DNA of 40,811 nt from an uncultured Candidatus Saccharibacteria bacterium. GTDB lineage: Bacteria; Patescibacteriota; Saccharimonadia; Saccharimonadales; CAZLTB01. The notes under the pieces are model-generated. The model was not told the DNA's origin, made no database searches, and saw nothing but the letters and a program-made list of their open reading frames with translations. The stretch lies in the NCBI GenBank assembly GCA_964562505.1, contig CAZLTB010000004.1:1-40811 (forward strand), given 5' to 3'. The translations under genes and the position numbers were made by a program. Of the stretch, positions 29,150-39,461 are shown one piece after another (within the stretch, counting starts at the first letter, position 1; every line of letters starts with the position of its first letter).

Positions 29150-30088
29150 ATGCCTGCCAATAAACAACACAGACCTTCTGATTACATCGATTCACTCTAT
29201 ATAAATGGTATGCAAGGACGCATGCTCAGAATGCGTCCACCCAAAGGTAAAAAGCGTGAGTTCTTGCTCATCTATGGCCATCATGCCAGCTTAGAGCGGC
29301 TGTTCGGTCTAGCACAAAGCCTTAATGACTACGGCGGGGTAACCATGCCGGACTTGCCCGGTTTTGGAGGTATGCAAAGTTTCTACAAGATCGGCGAGAA
29401 GCCGACGCTCGACAACCTGGCTGATTATCTAGCTGCTTTTGTCAAATTACGCTATCGTAACCGTCGCTTTAGCATTGCTGCGGTTTCGTTTGGTTTTGTG
29501 GTGGTTACGAGGATGCTACAAAAATATCCGGACATTGCTAAGAGAGTTGATTTACTGGTCAGTATTGTCGGCTTTGCACACCGTGATGAATTTACTTTCA
29601 GCCGACCACGCTACCTATTTTATCGCTATGGAGCTAGCTTCTTCTCACACCGGTTACCAGCTATATTCTTTCGTAATGTAATTTTGCACCCATCGGTCTT
29701 GCGCACTTTTTATAGCCGAACTCATAACGCAAAACACAAATTCGCCAATGTAGCGGCTGAGGAATTAAGACAGATTACTGATTTTGAAATATATCTGTGG
29801 CATTGTAATGACGTTCGTACGTATATGCACACGACTGTTAGCCTGCTGACAATTGACAATTGCCGAGTTAAAGTCGATTTACCCGTCTGGCATGTGTCTG
29901 TTAAAGAAGACAATTATTTTGATAACAGAATAATTGAGCAGCATATGAAAGTTATCTTCAATGATTTTCATGATTTGCCAGCTAAACTAGATAGCCACAG
30001 TATCAGTATTATCGCTGATAAAAAAGCGTCCGCTCCTTTCATTCCGACCAAACTGCGTAATTTACTCCGTCAAGAACCAATCCAATAG
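29150..30088 (+). CDS. Alpha/beta hydrolase
   Basis: PDLPGFG, AVSFG elbow, C-terminal His. Confidence 0.75.
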   Translation: MPANKQHRPSDYIDSLYINGMQGRMLRMRPPKGKKREFLLIYGHHASLERLFGLAQSLNDYGGVTMPDLPGFGGMQSFYKIGEKPTLDNLADYLAAFVKLRYRNRRFSIAAVSFGFVVVTRMLQKYPDIAKRVDLLVSIVGFAHRDEFTFSRPRYLFYRYGASFFSHRLPAIFFRNVILHPSVLRTFYSRTHNAKHKFANVAAEELRQITDFEIYLWHCNDVRTYMHTTVSLLTIDNCRVKVDLPVWHVSVKEDNYFDNRIIEQHMKVIFNDFHDLPAKLDSHSISIIADKKASAPFIPTKLRNLLRQEPIQ

Positions 30089-30130
30089 AATTAAATCGGA
30101 CGAAGCTAACTGTTATACTTGTTTCTAAGT

Positions 30131-31246
30131 ATGAAAATAGGGTTAGTTTGCCCATATGATATTTTCCGAGCAGGTGGTGTGCAGGAATGCGTGAAAGCTC
30201 TTCAGTCGGAGCTGGTAAAACGTGGGTACAACGCCACTATCCTTACACCGCTTTCGCGTGAGGCACGGGGAGTAAGTGAGAATGGTGTCATTTTTTTGGG
30301 CGGTGGAACTGAAGTAAAATCTCCATTTCACACTTCCGCACAAGTTGCGGCTAGTGCTAATCCTGAAGCATTAAGAATGGTGCTCGACAAGGAAAAGTTT
30401 GACGTTCTCCATTTCCATGAGCCATGGGTACCAATCCTATCGCGCCAATTGCTCGGTCGCTCTAAAAGTATAAATATAGCGACATTTCATGCTAAATTAC
30501 CTGACACTGTAATGAGCCGCACTATTGAACGTGTAGTTACGCCTTATACCAAATCGATTCTTAAATATCTTGATGTGCTCACTGCTGTTTCGCCAGCAGC
30601 TGCTCAGTACGTTCAGACTTTGACTCGTAATCCTGTAACTATAATTCCAAACGGCATTGATCTCACTAAGTACAAACCTAGAAAAATCGAAAGAAGCAGG
30701 ACCAGAAATATTCTGTATGTTGGTCGCTTGGAGCGTCGTAAAGGTGTCAGGTATCTGTTAGAAGCGTTCGGCTTAATTACTAAGATCATTCCTGATGTTG
30801 AACTGATAATTGCTGGCGACGGGCCGGACCGCCAGAAACTCAAAGCTTTTGCCTCGGAAAACAAAATACCAAGAGTTCGTTTTGTTGGCTTTGTTGATGA
30901 GGAACACAAACTTAAGCTTCTGCATGAGGCTGATCTGTTTTGTTCACCGGCCATATTCGGTGAGAGTTTTGGGATTGTGCTGCTCGAAGCCATGGCTACT
31001 AATGTAGTGGCGTTAGCTGGTAACAATCCTGGCTATGTCTCGGTAATGAAAGGACGCGGTGCTATCTCACTAGTTAATCCCAAAGACATAGGGGAATTTG
31101 CCCGGCGAATGGATCTTCTACTTAATGACAATGATATACGTCTATTGTGGATCAAATGGGCTAGCGAAAATGTAAAGCAGTATAATTACCCAAATGTTGT
31201 TGATCAGTATGAAGCGTTATATAAACAAGCCCTAAAAACAAAATGA
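30131..31246 (+). CDS. Glycosyltransferase family 4 (PimA-like)
   Basis: MKIGLVCPY..GGVQ, HFHEP, VGRLERRKG, GESFGIVLLEAMA; ATG 30131. Confidence 0.9.
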   Translation: MKIGLVCPYDIFRAGGVQECVKALQSELVKRGYNATILTPLSREARGVSENGVIFLGGGTEVKSPFHTSAQVAASANPEALRMVLDKEKFDVLHFHEPWVPILSRQLLGRSKSINIATFHAKLPDTVMSRTIERVVTPYTKSILKYLDVLTAVSPAAAQYVQTLTRNPVTIIPNGIDLTKYKPRKIERSRTRNILYVGRLERRKGVRYLLEAFGLITKIIPDVELIIAGDGPDRQKLKAFASENKIPRVRFVGFVDEEHKLKLLHEADLFCSPAIFGESFGIVLLEAMATNVVALAGNNPGYVSVMKGRGAISLVNPKDIGEFARRMDLLLNDNDIRLLWIKWASENVKQYNYPNVVDQYEALYKQALKTK

Positions 31247-32379
31247 AAATCGGATTTGTACTCGATGATAGCCTGGATAAAACAGATGGGGTGCAACAAT
31301 ATGTCTTGACCCTGGGCAAATGGTTCAAAACAAAGGGGCACGAAGTTCACTATCTTGTAGGTCAAACTCAGCGCAACGATGTATTGCATATTCACAGTCT
31401 CAGTCGCAACATTCAGGTCCATTTCAATCAAAATAGGATGTCGACGCCTTTGCCGGCATCTAAAATGGAAATCAAAAAGCTGCTTAGCAGTGAGCAATTC
31501 GATGTGCTTCATGTCCAGATGCCGTATAGCCCATTTTTAGCGGGCAGAATAATTAAAGCTGCTTCCTCTAGTACCGCTATTTTTGGGACATTTCATGTTG
31601 TTCCATTTTCCAAACTTGAACGATTTAGTACTCGTCTCCTTGGTACCTGGTTGAAGCGCAACCTGAAGCGATTTGACCGAATCTTTAGCGTTTCAGCTCC
31701 TGCTGCCCGTTTTGCTAAGGATAGCTTTAAAATCAAAACGACCGTATTGCCCAATGTCGTGGACTTAAGTTTTTTTCATTCAGTCTCAGGCTATAAAAAG
31801 TACGCGGATGGCTCGATCAATATTGTTTTTCTGGGTCGGCTGGTAGAACGCAAAGGCTGTTCGCATCTGCTAAACGCTCTTGAATTGTTACACTCTGAGC
31901 GTCGTCTCGAAGGCGTAAGAGTGCTGATCTGTGGCAAAGGACCTCTGCGCTCCGAGTTAGAAAAGTACGTAGTGAGCCATCATTTAACAAAAATTGTCCG
32001 CTTCACCGGATACGTCAGTGAGGAGGAAAAAGCCCGTTATCTTAAAAGTGCAAACTTAGCGGTATTTCCAAGCACTGGTGGCGAGAGTTTCGGTATTGTA
32101 CTTCTAGAAGCAATGGCGGCTGGTAGCCAGGTTGTGATCGCTGGTATCAATACTGGCTATAGAAGCGTACTGGGTGCTAAACCTGATCAACTTGTAAAGC
32201 CTGAAAATGTGAAACTGTTTGCAAAAACACTCAGTCACTTTATCGCCAACGCCCGTGCCCGAAATGCTGCGAAAAAATGGCAAGATAATGCAATTCAACA
32301 ATATGATGTGCGCATTGTTGGCCAACGCCTTCTGAAGCAATACGAAGCTGCCTTGCAACGTAAAAACAACGTGAGATAA
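31243..32379 (+). CDS. Glycosyltransferase family 4 (PimA-like paralog)
   Basis: DGVQQY, LGRLVERKG, GGESFGIVLLEAMAAG. Confidence 0.9.
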   Translation: MKIGFVLDDSLDKTDGVQQYVLTLGKWFKTKGHEVHYLVGQTQRNDVLHIHSLSRNIQVHFNQNRMSTPLPASKMEIKKLLSSEQFDVLHVQMPYSPFLAGRIIKAASSSTAIFGTFHVVPFSKLERFSTRLLGTWLKRNLKRFDRIFSVSAPAARFAKDSFKIKTTVLPNVVDLSFFHSVSGYKKYADGSINIVFLGRLVERKGCSHLLNALELLHSERRLEGVRVLICGKGPLRSELEKYVVSHHLTKIVRFTGYVSEEEKARYLKSANLAVFPSTGGESFGIVLLEAMAAGSQVVIAGINTGYRSVLGAKPDQLVKPENVKLFAKTLSHFIANARARNAAKKWQDNAIQQYDVRIVGQRLLKQYEAALQRKNNVR

Positions 32380-32386
32380 TACTGGT

Positions 32387-33484
32387 ATGTTTTCTTTAGG
32401 CAGAAAAAATAAAGATACAGTCGAAATAACGGTCTCTAGCCGAACGGTTATGAAGGTAGGCGTACTGTCCATTCTCCTATTTATCCTGTTGGTTGCGGCT
32501 CGTCAGGCCAGCCATGCCTTGTTCTTAATCTTTACAGCCTTTTTCTTAGCCCTAGCTCTTAACGCACCAGTACACTGGATCGCACAACGTTTGCCGGGTA
32601 AGCGCCGCGGGAACAGAACAATGGCTACAGGTATCTCGTTTCTATTGGTCATAGCTGTCCTATTTGCTTTTTTGGCGAGTATTATCCCTCCTTTGGTACG
32701 TCAGACCAGTACTTTTATCGACAGTGCCCCAGGACTTATTCAAGACGTTAGAAGCGAAGACAGTAGTCTAGGAAAGTTTGTCCGTCGCTATAACCTACAG
32801 GATCAAGTTGATAAATTCTCCAATCAACTGGGGGACCGACTGAAGAACATTGGTGGTGCAGCCCTATCCTCGCTATCTCGGATAACCAGTAGCATATTCT
32901 CTACACTAACCGTACTTGTTCTAACATTTATGATGCTAATTGAAGGCCCCCGTTGGATTAACTTTGCAAGGCGCCTTGTCCCAGATGAGAAAGAACCTCA
33001 TTTTGAAAGACTAGGAACTGATATGTACCGCGTAATCAAGGGCTTCGTCAATGGCCAGGTCGTTCTGGCGGCATTAGCCGCCCTGCTCATTGCTCCGGCA
33101 CTGTTTATTCTCCATATTAGCTATCCTGTGGCGTTGGTTGTCATTGTTTTTATCTGTGGGCTTATTCCACTAGTTGGCCATACGATTGGCGCTACTATAG
33201 TGACTATCGTTGCTCTATTCCACTCACCTGCCACCGCCATAATCATTTTGGCTTATTACATCCTGTACCAACAGATTGAAAATTACGTTATTCAGCCCCA
33301 AATACAGGCTAACTCTACTAATATGTCTCCACTTTTAGTATTTGCTTCAGTCGTTATCGGCGTTAATTTTGGTGGACTACTCGGAGGCTTAGTGGCGATA
33401 CCATTGGCTGGCTGTATCCGCATTGCATTGCTAGATTTTCTATATAGCCGCGATCTTTTAGAGCATCCAACCGAATCAGCTTAG
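32387..33484 (+). CDS. AI-2E family transporter
   Basis: Multi-TM, IPLVG, QQIENYVIQP, GGLLGGLVAIP. Confidence 0.9.
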   Translation: MFSLGRKNKDTVEITVSSRTVMKVGVLSILLFILLVAARQASHALFLIFTAFFLALALNAPVHWIAQRLPGKRRGNRTMATGISFLLVIAVLFAFLASIIPPLVRQTSTFIDSAPGLIQDVRSEDSSLGKFVRRYNLQDQVDKFSNQLGDRLKNIGGAALSSLSRITSSIFSTLTVLVLTFMMLIEGPRWINFARRLVPDEKEPHFERLGTDMYRVIKGFVNGQVVLAALAALLIAPALFILHISYPVALVVIVFICGLIPLVGHTIGATIVTIVALFHSPATAIIILAYYILYQQIENYVIQPQIQANSTNMSPLLVFASVVIGVNFGGLLGGLVAIPLAGCIRIALLDFLYSRDLLEHPTESA

Positions 33485-34839
33485 ATTCTAGACCATATTT
33501 GCCCGTGCTCTGTATCACGAACAGCTATGCCCTGGTCTTTTAATGTATCTCTTAGCTTGTCAGATTTTGCGAAGTCTTTAGCGTCACGTGCTTTTTGTCG
33601 CTCCTTCATAACTTGCTTTTGTTCGTCAGAAATGTCAGATCGATTACTGAACTTAAGACCAAGCAGCCGATCGGCATAATTAAGTATTTCATTTGTAGGT
33701 GCTGATTTTTCAATGTTTTCTAGAATAGCCAAAGCGGCGGGGGTGGCTAAGTCTTCGGCCAAAGCTTCATGTAATTGAATAAATTCTACTTTTGATTCGG
33801 TCTGTTCCGATTGATGAACAAGATCCGCCCAGGCGTAAAGATTTTTAAGGCGGTTTTGTGCGGCTTCTAGGTTTTCCCATGTAAAGTTTAGTTGTGATCT
33901 GTAATGAGCTTGCAAAACCATTAAACGGAAAGCCAATGGGTCAAAGCCGCGTTCTTTTATGTCTTCAAGCGTATAAAAATTGTTGAGCGATTTGCTCATT
34001 TTCTTTCCGTTAACTAACAGGTGTTCGTTATGAACAAAATACTTTGCATATACTGGGTCGTCTTTTCCTGCCGTACTTTGTGCTATTTCATTCTCATGGT
34101 GAGGAAATACTAAGTCCACTCCACCAGTATGGATATCAAACGGTTGGCCTAAACTGTCTATGCTCATAGCAGAACATTCAATGTGCCAGCCTGGACGACC
34201 AATTAAGTTATGGCCATCAAGCTCGAATTCCCATGCAGGTTCATCATCTTTGCGAATTTTCCATAGCGCAAAGTCATGGACTGACTCTTTGTCGTACTCA
34301 TCATTATCAATTCGTGCAGCGCTGGTATTTTTTGTGTCAAGTTTAAGCAGCTGTCCATAAGTCTTACCGCTTGCCTTGTACTTTTCGATGGAGAAATAAA
34401 CACCGTCATCCGCAACATAGGCAAAGCCATCTCTGTAAAGTTTGGTGATAAGTGATTGCATTTTATCAATGCTCTCAGTGGCCCTGACCCAATTGATTGT
34501 TTCAACGTCATTGCCGATTGCGGCCATGTCATTCAAGAATATTTGTTCATATGTGCGGGTTAGGTTTTTCAGAGCTTCTTCGGGGGCGCTGTCAGGATCT
34601 TGTTCATGGCTTCTTCGGATGGTCTTATCGTCCACATCTGTGAAATTCATTACATGTTTTATCTCGTAGCCTGAAGCACTAAGTGTTCGGTGTAATGTAT
34701 CGGCTGCTATAAACGCTGCTAAATTGCCAATGTGAATATGATCATAGACAGTCGGTCCACATGAATAAACTGTCACATTCTTTTCGTGCAGTGGTTTAAA
34801 ATCTTCAATCTTTCGTGCGAGGGTGTTATATAGTCTCAT
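33481..34839 (-). CDS. cysS: Cysteine--tRNA ligase
   Basis: CGPTVY, HIGN, GRPGWHIECS, FPHHENE, KMSKS. Confidence 0.98.
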   Translation of the reverse strand: MRLYNTLARKIEDFKPLHEKNVTVYSCGPTVYDHIHIGNLAAFIAADTLHRTLSASGYEIKHVMNFTDVDDKTIRRSHEQDPDSAPEEALKNLTRTYEQIFLNDMAAIGNDVETINWVRATESIDKMQSLITKLYRDGFAYVADDGVYFSIEKYKASGKTYGQLLKLDTKNTSAARIDNDEYDKESVHDFALWKIRKDDEPAWEFELDGHNLIGRPGWHIECSAMSIDSLGQPFDIHTGGVDLVFPHHENEIAQSTAGKDDPVYAKYFVHNEHLLVNGKKMSKSLNNFYTLEDIKERGFDPLAFRLMVLQAHYRSQLNFTWENLEAAQNRLKNLYAWADLVHQSEQTESKVEFIQLHEALAEDLATPAALAILENIEKSAPTNEILNYADRLLGLKFSNRSDISDEQKQVMKERQKARDAKDFAKSDKLRDTLKDQGIAVRDTEHGQIWSRI

Positions 34840-35858
34840 GCTTTTGTTTCTTTAAGCTTATTGAGTAATTCTGTGGCTCTGGTTATCGTTTCAGATTTGA
34901 TTTGGTCATGCGATCTATTGTCTACAACTTTAAAACCAGCAGCATATACATGGCCTCCTCCGCCAAAATGCTGGGCCAGCTCAGCAGCTATAGCGCCGCC
35001 AGAATTACTCCGAATTGAGCCTGTAACTTTGCCGTCTTTATAATTTTTCAAAACGATAGCCACCAATACACCTTCAGTCTGAAGCATGTCGGTTTGGATG
35101 AGCGGTGCGGGATTATACATGGGGCTGAATTCCATAAGTTCATCATGAGGAATGCTGACCAGAGCAATGCGACCATCAGCTAGTAATTCCGTTCGTTCAA
35201 TAAGCTTAGCTTTATATCTAAAAATAACTTCCGGCATTTTAGTAAAAGCACGTCTAGCTTCTTCAAGGGCAGGTCGATCAACACCGCCATCAATCAGATC
35301 GGCCATAATTCGATATGTATTGGCCGAAGTGCCTTCGCTGGTGAGCCCGAGTGAGTCGGCGAGAATGGAACTTGCAATATGGGTTTTAGCTTGCAAATTT
35401 AGTGACCACTTTTGCTCTTGCGCCAGTTTGTAAATTACTTCGCCGGTGGCAACAGCTTTGTTATCATTGAGCACTAATTTTGCGTATGGGATGTCGCAAA
35501 CGACTCCAGCATGGTGATCAAGAACTATGGCCGGTTTGCTGGCTACCCAAGGTTTATATTGGCTCTCTTCTAGCTTCTCAAGCAAAATTAAAGCGCTCGT
35601 GTCTACGATGATTGAAAGATCAAACTGCGGGGGTATATCCTTACTCACCCTGTCCCAGCCCTTGAGGTGCTTGAGATAGTCAGGTATATCAACGCCGCAA
35701 TATAAGTAGGTTTGTTTTCCAAGTTCTCCTAAGATTTCTTCCAAAGCTAAAGCGCTGCCAAGACTGTCGCCATCTGGGTTGTCGGCCTGGATGATAACGA
35801 TTCGCTGAGCTGCATCTACGGCGTCTTTGATGGCGGCTGCTTGCTCATATTTGCTCAT
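34836..35858 (-). CDS. DHH/DHHA1 phosphoesterase (NrnA-like)
   Basis: PDGDSLGS, VDT, LDHH, SIRS, GGGGH..AAG. Confidence 0.92.
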   Translation of the reverse strand: MSKYEQAAAIKDAVDAAQRIVIIQADNPDGDSLGSALALEEILGELGKQTYLYCGVDIPDYLKHLKGWDRVSKDIPPQFDLSIIVDTSALILLEKLEESQYKPWVASKPAIVLDHHAGVVCDIPYAKLVLNDNKAVATGEVIYKLAQEQKWSLNLQAKTHIASSILADSLGLTSEGTSANTYRIMADLIDGGVDRPALEEARRAFTKMPEVIFRYKAKLIERTELLADGRIALVSIPHDELMEFSPMYNPAPLIQTDMLQTEGVLVAIVLKNYKDGKVTGSIRSNSGGAIAAELAQHFGGGGHVYAAGFKVVDNRSHDQIKSETITRATELLNKLKETKA

Positions 35859-36460
35859 AATATTGTTCTTCCCTCTAATGCTCTTCCGAGCGTGATTTGA
35901 TCAGCATATTCTAGGTCAACTCCAACTGGCAATCCCCGCGCAAGTCGCGTGACCTTTACATTGCGCTTACCTATCTGCTGTTGAATATAAAGTGCGGTTG
36001 ACTCACCCTCCACGCTGGCGTTTGTCGCCAAGATGATTTCGCTAACTTTATCATCATCAATGCGCTTAATTAGCTCCTTGACATGAAGCTGCTCAGGACC
36101 CACGTTATCGATCGGCGAAACTAATCCACCAAGCACATGATAAGTACCCTTAAACTGACCGATTTTCTCGAGAGCGACAATATCAAATGGTTCGGCCACG
36201 ACCGCTACCAATTTTTTGTCCCTCGAGGGATCAGTGTATAGGTCGCTAAATTCCTTACCTTTTTCAATGAGTGCAAATGTTTTTTTACAATAGCCTACAC
36301 CATCATGTACCTTACTCAGGTCACTAGAGAGGTGTTTAGCCACTGTTTGGTCGGCTCTGAGGAGGTAGTAAGCATAGCGTTCAGCGGTGCGCGGCCCGAC
36401 GCCAGGCAGATTGCCTAGAGAATCAATTAAATCCTGTAGGATGGGTGGTAATATTTGCAC
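35855..36460 (-). CDS. recR: Recombination protein RecR
   Basis: LPGVGPRTAER, YHVLGG, EGESTA, LARGLPVG.DLEYAD. Confidence 0.97.
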   Translation of the reverse strand: MQILPPILQDLIDSLGNLPGVGPRTAERYAYYLLRADQTVAKHLSSDLSKVHDGVGYCKKTFALIEKGKEFSDLYTDPSRDKKLVAVVAEPFDIVALEKIGQFKGTYHVLGGLVSPIDNVGPEQLHVKELIKRIDDDKVSEIILATNASVEGESTALYIQQQIGKRNVKVTRLARGLPVGVDLEYADQITLGRALEGRTIL

Positions 36461-36476
36461 AACTTATGACTTATTT

Positions 36477-36770
36477 TTAGAGTCCAAGGTCACCAAGTGC
36501 CCCCATCATAGGCTGCATTTTTTCGGCTGCAACTTTCTGGCTTTCAGCAATAGCTTCTTTGACGGCATCTTCTAGCCAATGCTCCAATTGGCCTATGTCA
36601 TCAAGATCCACATATTCGGGATCTATACGGATGCCCTTGATTTTTTGCTCACCAGTAATCTCGACGGTTACAGCGCCGTCACCTTTTTCAACTGCAATGA
36701 CCATTTTTTGTAATTCTTTTTGAAGCTTCTTAACTTTAAGTAACATCTTGGCTTGATCAAACTTACTCAT
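36477..36770 (-). CDS. ybaB: YbaB/EbfC nucleoid-associated protein
   Basis: GDGAVTVEITG, IDP; directly upstream of recR. Confidence 0.92.
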   Translation of the reverse strand: MSKFDQAKMLLKVKKLQKELQKMVIAVEKGDGAVTVEITGEQKIKGIRIDPEYVDLDDIGQLEHWLEDAVKEAIAESQKVAAEKMQPMMGALGDLGL

Positions 36771-36813
36771 AACGACTCCTTTAAGTGTGATTAATTATAT
36801 TGTAACAAATTAT

Positions 36814-38013
36814 TCAGGGGTGCTGGGTGAAGGCTGCTTTAGTCTCGGGTGTGTGTGGCCAGGCTATGAAATAATGGGTAGTTTGGTATAAACAACTAGC
36901 AAAGACTGCTAGGACGAGCAATGTTGTGCCCAAATGTCGTGCAAATGGATTGTTGGGAAAAACTGTAAACCATTGTTGTAACATCAAAGCTACTCCGCTC
37001 GCTATAACCAAGTATATAAATGGTATGAACAAAGTCATTAGTACTGGTCCGCCGATCGTTATTAAGATCGTTCCAATGATTGCCACGTAGATAAGTAGCC
37101 AGGCTCTATCAAGATGAAGCTTGAACCAATAGGCATATACTCCGACCGCAAACATAACTGCACAAAACCAATCGATCAGTGGTAGACGACCAAGCCATCT
37201 GGAGGCATCGTTTGGCCCGTGCCATAAAAGCTGACTAGGTATATGAAGCAAATTTCTCCCAGCCTGGCTGAGTGTAGGCCAATGCTCGGGTAGGCCCAGC
37301 CACATCTTATACAAAGATGGCTGCTTATAAATTGCATAACCAAGTGGTGTCAGTAATCCAAGTACGAACACAATCATCAACAAATACTGCCACCAGGACA
37401 TATAACTAATAACACTGCCGATACGTCTATATTGCCAAATAGCTAGCGGCACAATTAGCCATAGCATACCTGGCACGTAAAGTAGACCTACAGCTATAAG
37501 CGCAAAGAGCATCAGACCAGCTGGTTTGGTTTTGTGTTGTCCCAGCCATACACCACCTGCGAATAATATGAAGACAGCGGAATACATAATGTCAATTGTG
37601 GCCAAACGACCTAAGTGCAAAAACCAGCTGGACGAAACAAATAATAGAGTACCTAAGATTGCGATTCGTCTTGTATACCATTTGGTTAGAACATAATAAA
37701 AACAAACAACAATTATTATGCTTACAATAGCACTTATGCTACGCATAGCCAGTGGTCCTTTGTGATGAAAGTGTTGAAGCACAAATTGTGGCAAACTGTG
37801 TGGAGCATAAAACGGATCTGTTTTAATAGCGTGTAATGAAGCGACCTGATTACGTCTACTAATTTCGTCAGTACTAAAGGCCGGTACAATGGTTGCAAGT
37901 TTGTAGAAGAAAAGCCCTAAGGCAATAGATGTATATGCTAACGTAGATAAAATTAGGCCCCAATAATTAGAGACGAAGGATGTTATAGAGCCCCACGACT
38001 TGCGTACCTTCAT
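36814..38013 (-). CDS. GT-C fold membrane glycosyltransferase-like protein (PMT_2/ArnT-like)
   Basis: DE motif after TM1, R..SA, multi-TM. Confidence 0.6.
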   Translation of the reverse strand: MKVRKSWGSITSFVSNYWGLILSTLAYTSIALGLFFYKLATIVPAFSTDEISRRNQVASLHAIKTDPFYAPHSLPQFVLQHFHHKGPLAMRSISAIVSIIIVVCFYYVLTKWYTRRIAILGTLLFVSSSWFLHLGRLATIDIMYSAVFILFAGGVWLGQHKTKPAGLMLFALIAVGLLYVPGMLWLIVPLAIWQYRRIGSVISYMSWWQYLLMIVFVLGLLTPLGYAIYKQPSLYKMWLGLPEHWPTLSQAGRNLLHIPSQLLWHGPNDASRWLGRLPLIDWFCAVMFAVGVYAYWFKLHLDRAWLLIYVAIIGTILITIGGPVLMTLFIPFIYLVIASGVALMLQQWFTVFPNNPFARHLGTTLLVLAVFASCLYQTTHYFIAWPHTPETKAAFTQHP

Positions 38014-38072
38014 ATATTAATAGTAAGTATAGCATCGGTTTTACTGGTAAGCTTAAAATTTACCTGAGTAAA

Positions 38073-39461
38073 CTAGGTATCAAAAGGAGTATTGTGTTTC
38101 GTATCCAGGCTTCTGAAGCGTTGCTTCTCTTTTTCGAAGTATAGTTCAACGCCACCGGTCGGACCATTACGATGTTTTTTGATAAATATGTCCGTAATAT
38201 TTTTACGGTCTGTCTCTGGGTTGTAGTATTCTTCCCGATAGATAAATGCAACCACGTCTGCGTCTTGTTCGATTGATCCTGACTCTCTTAGGTCTGCCAG
38301 CTGAGGTATTTGCGGGCTGCGGCTCTCAACTGAACGGCTCAATTGCGACAGAGCCATTAGGGGCACATTCAACTCACGAGCAATACCCTTGAGCCCCCTG
38401 GAGATTTCTGAGATTTCTTGTACTCGGTTGCCTTCACTGGTATAGCGAGTTCCCCCACTCATTAGCTGCAAATAGTCGACGATTATTAGACCGATCGGCC
38501 TAGTATGAGCTTCACGTCTGGCTTTGGTTCTTAAGTCACTGACTGTTATACCGGGCGTATCATCAATAAATATCTGAGCTTCAGACAATGAGCCCATAGC
38601 TTGGCCCAGTTTTTCAAAATCAGTATCTGTCAAGTTACCGGTCCTTAGTGCCCAGGCGTCAACCCCCGATTCCATTGCCAGCATACGATCCACCAGCTGC
38701 TCTTTACTCATCTCAAGACTGAAAATCAGCACCGGCAGTTCTGATTTAAGAGCAACACTGTGAGCAATATTTAGCGCCAGCGCGGTCTTACCCATTGACG
38801 TGCGGGCGGCTAAAATAAAAAGATCAGAGCGCTGCAAGCCAGCTAATACGTTATCAAGATCTTTGAAGCCAGTTGGCACGCCCCTGATCTTGCCTTTATC
38901 TTTATGTAACTCATCTAGCCTATCAAAACTCTCGGCCAGAATTGCTTCCATGCTGGTTATGTCTTGTTTGATATGTCGCTGGCTGACTTCGAATAAACGA
39001 CTTTCAGCCTCTTCAATTAGTTGTTGGAGACCTTGCTCTTCGTTATATCCAAGTCCAACAATATCCTGCGAAGCTTTGATAAGTCGTCGTCTAAGGGCCT
39101 TTTGCTCTACAATGTTGGCATATTGATCCACATGTGCCGCTGTCGGTACAAAATTAGTCAGCTCAGTCAGATAGGCTGGCCCGCCTATCGTATCCAGGTA
39201 ACCGGCTTCTTTTAGCCTGTCTGCAAGGGTTAAGACATCGACAGGGCTATGTTTCTCGTAGAGCTGGACTATAGCTTCATAAATGCGACTGTGTCGTTCA
39301 TCGTAAAAGTCATCGGCTTCGATTCTATCGGCAACTTTGACGATAGCGTCTGCATCTATAAGCAAGGCACCAAGCAGACTTGCTTCAGCCTCAGTATTCT
39401 GGGGTGGTACTTTTGCCTTTGATTCATCCACCTCTATTTTGCTCCTTGTAAGTACTGTCAT
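38073..39461 (-). CDS. dnaB: Replicative DNA helicase
   Basis: PPQNTEAE, MGKT, FSLEMS, VDYLQLM, LRESGSIEQDAD, KHRNG. Confidence 0.98.
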   Translation of the reverse strand: MTVLTRSKIEVDESKAKVPPQNTEAEASLLGALLIDADAIVKVADRIEADDFYDERHSRIYEAIVQLYEKHSPVDVLTLADRLKEAGYLDTIGGPAYLTELTNFVPTAAHVDQYANIVEQKALRRRLIKASQDIVGLGYNEEQGLQQLIEEAESRLFEVSQRHIKQDITSMEAILAESFDRLDELHKDKGKIRGVPTGFKDLDNVLAGLQRSDLFILAARTSMGKTALALNIAHSVALKSELPVLIFSLEMSKEQLVDRMLAMESGVDAWALRTGNLTDTDFEKLGQAMGSLSEAQIFIDDTPGITVSDLRTKARREAHTRPIGLIIVDYLQLMSGGTRYTSEGNRVQEISEISRGLKGIARELNVPLMALSQLSRSVESRSPQIPQLADLRESGSIEQDADVVAFIYREEYYNPETDRKNITDIFIKKHRNGPTGGVELYFEKEKQRFRSLDTKHNTPFDT

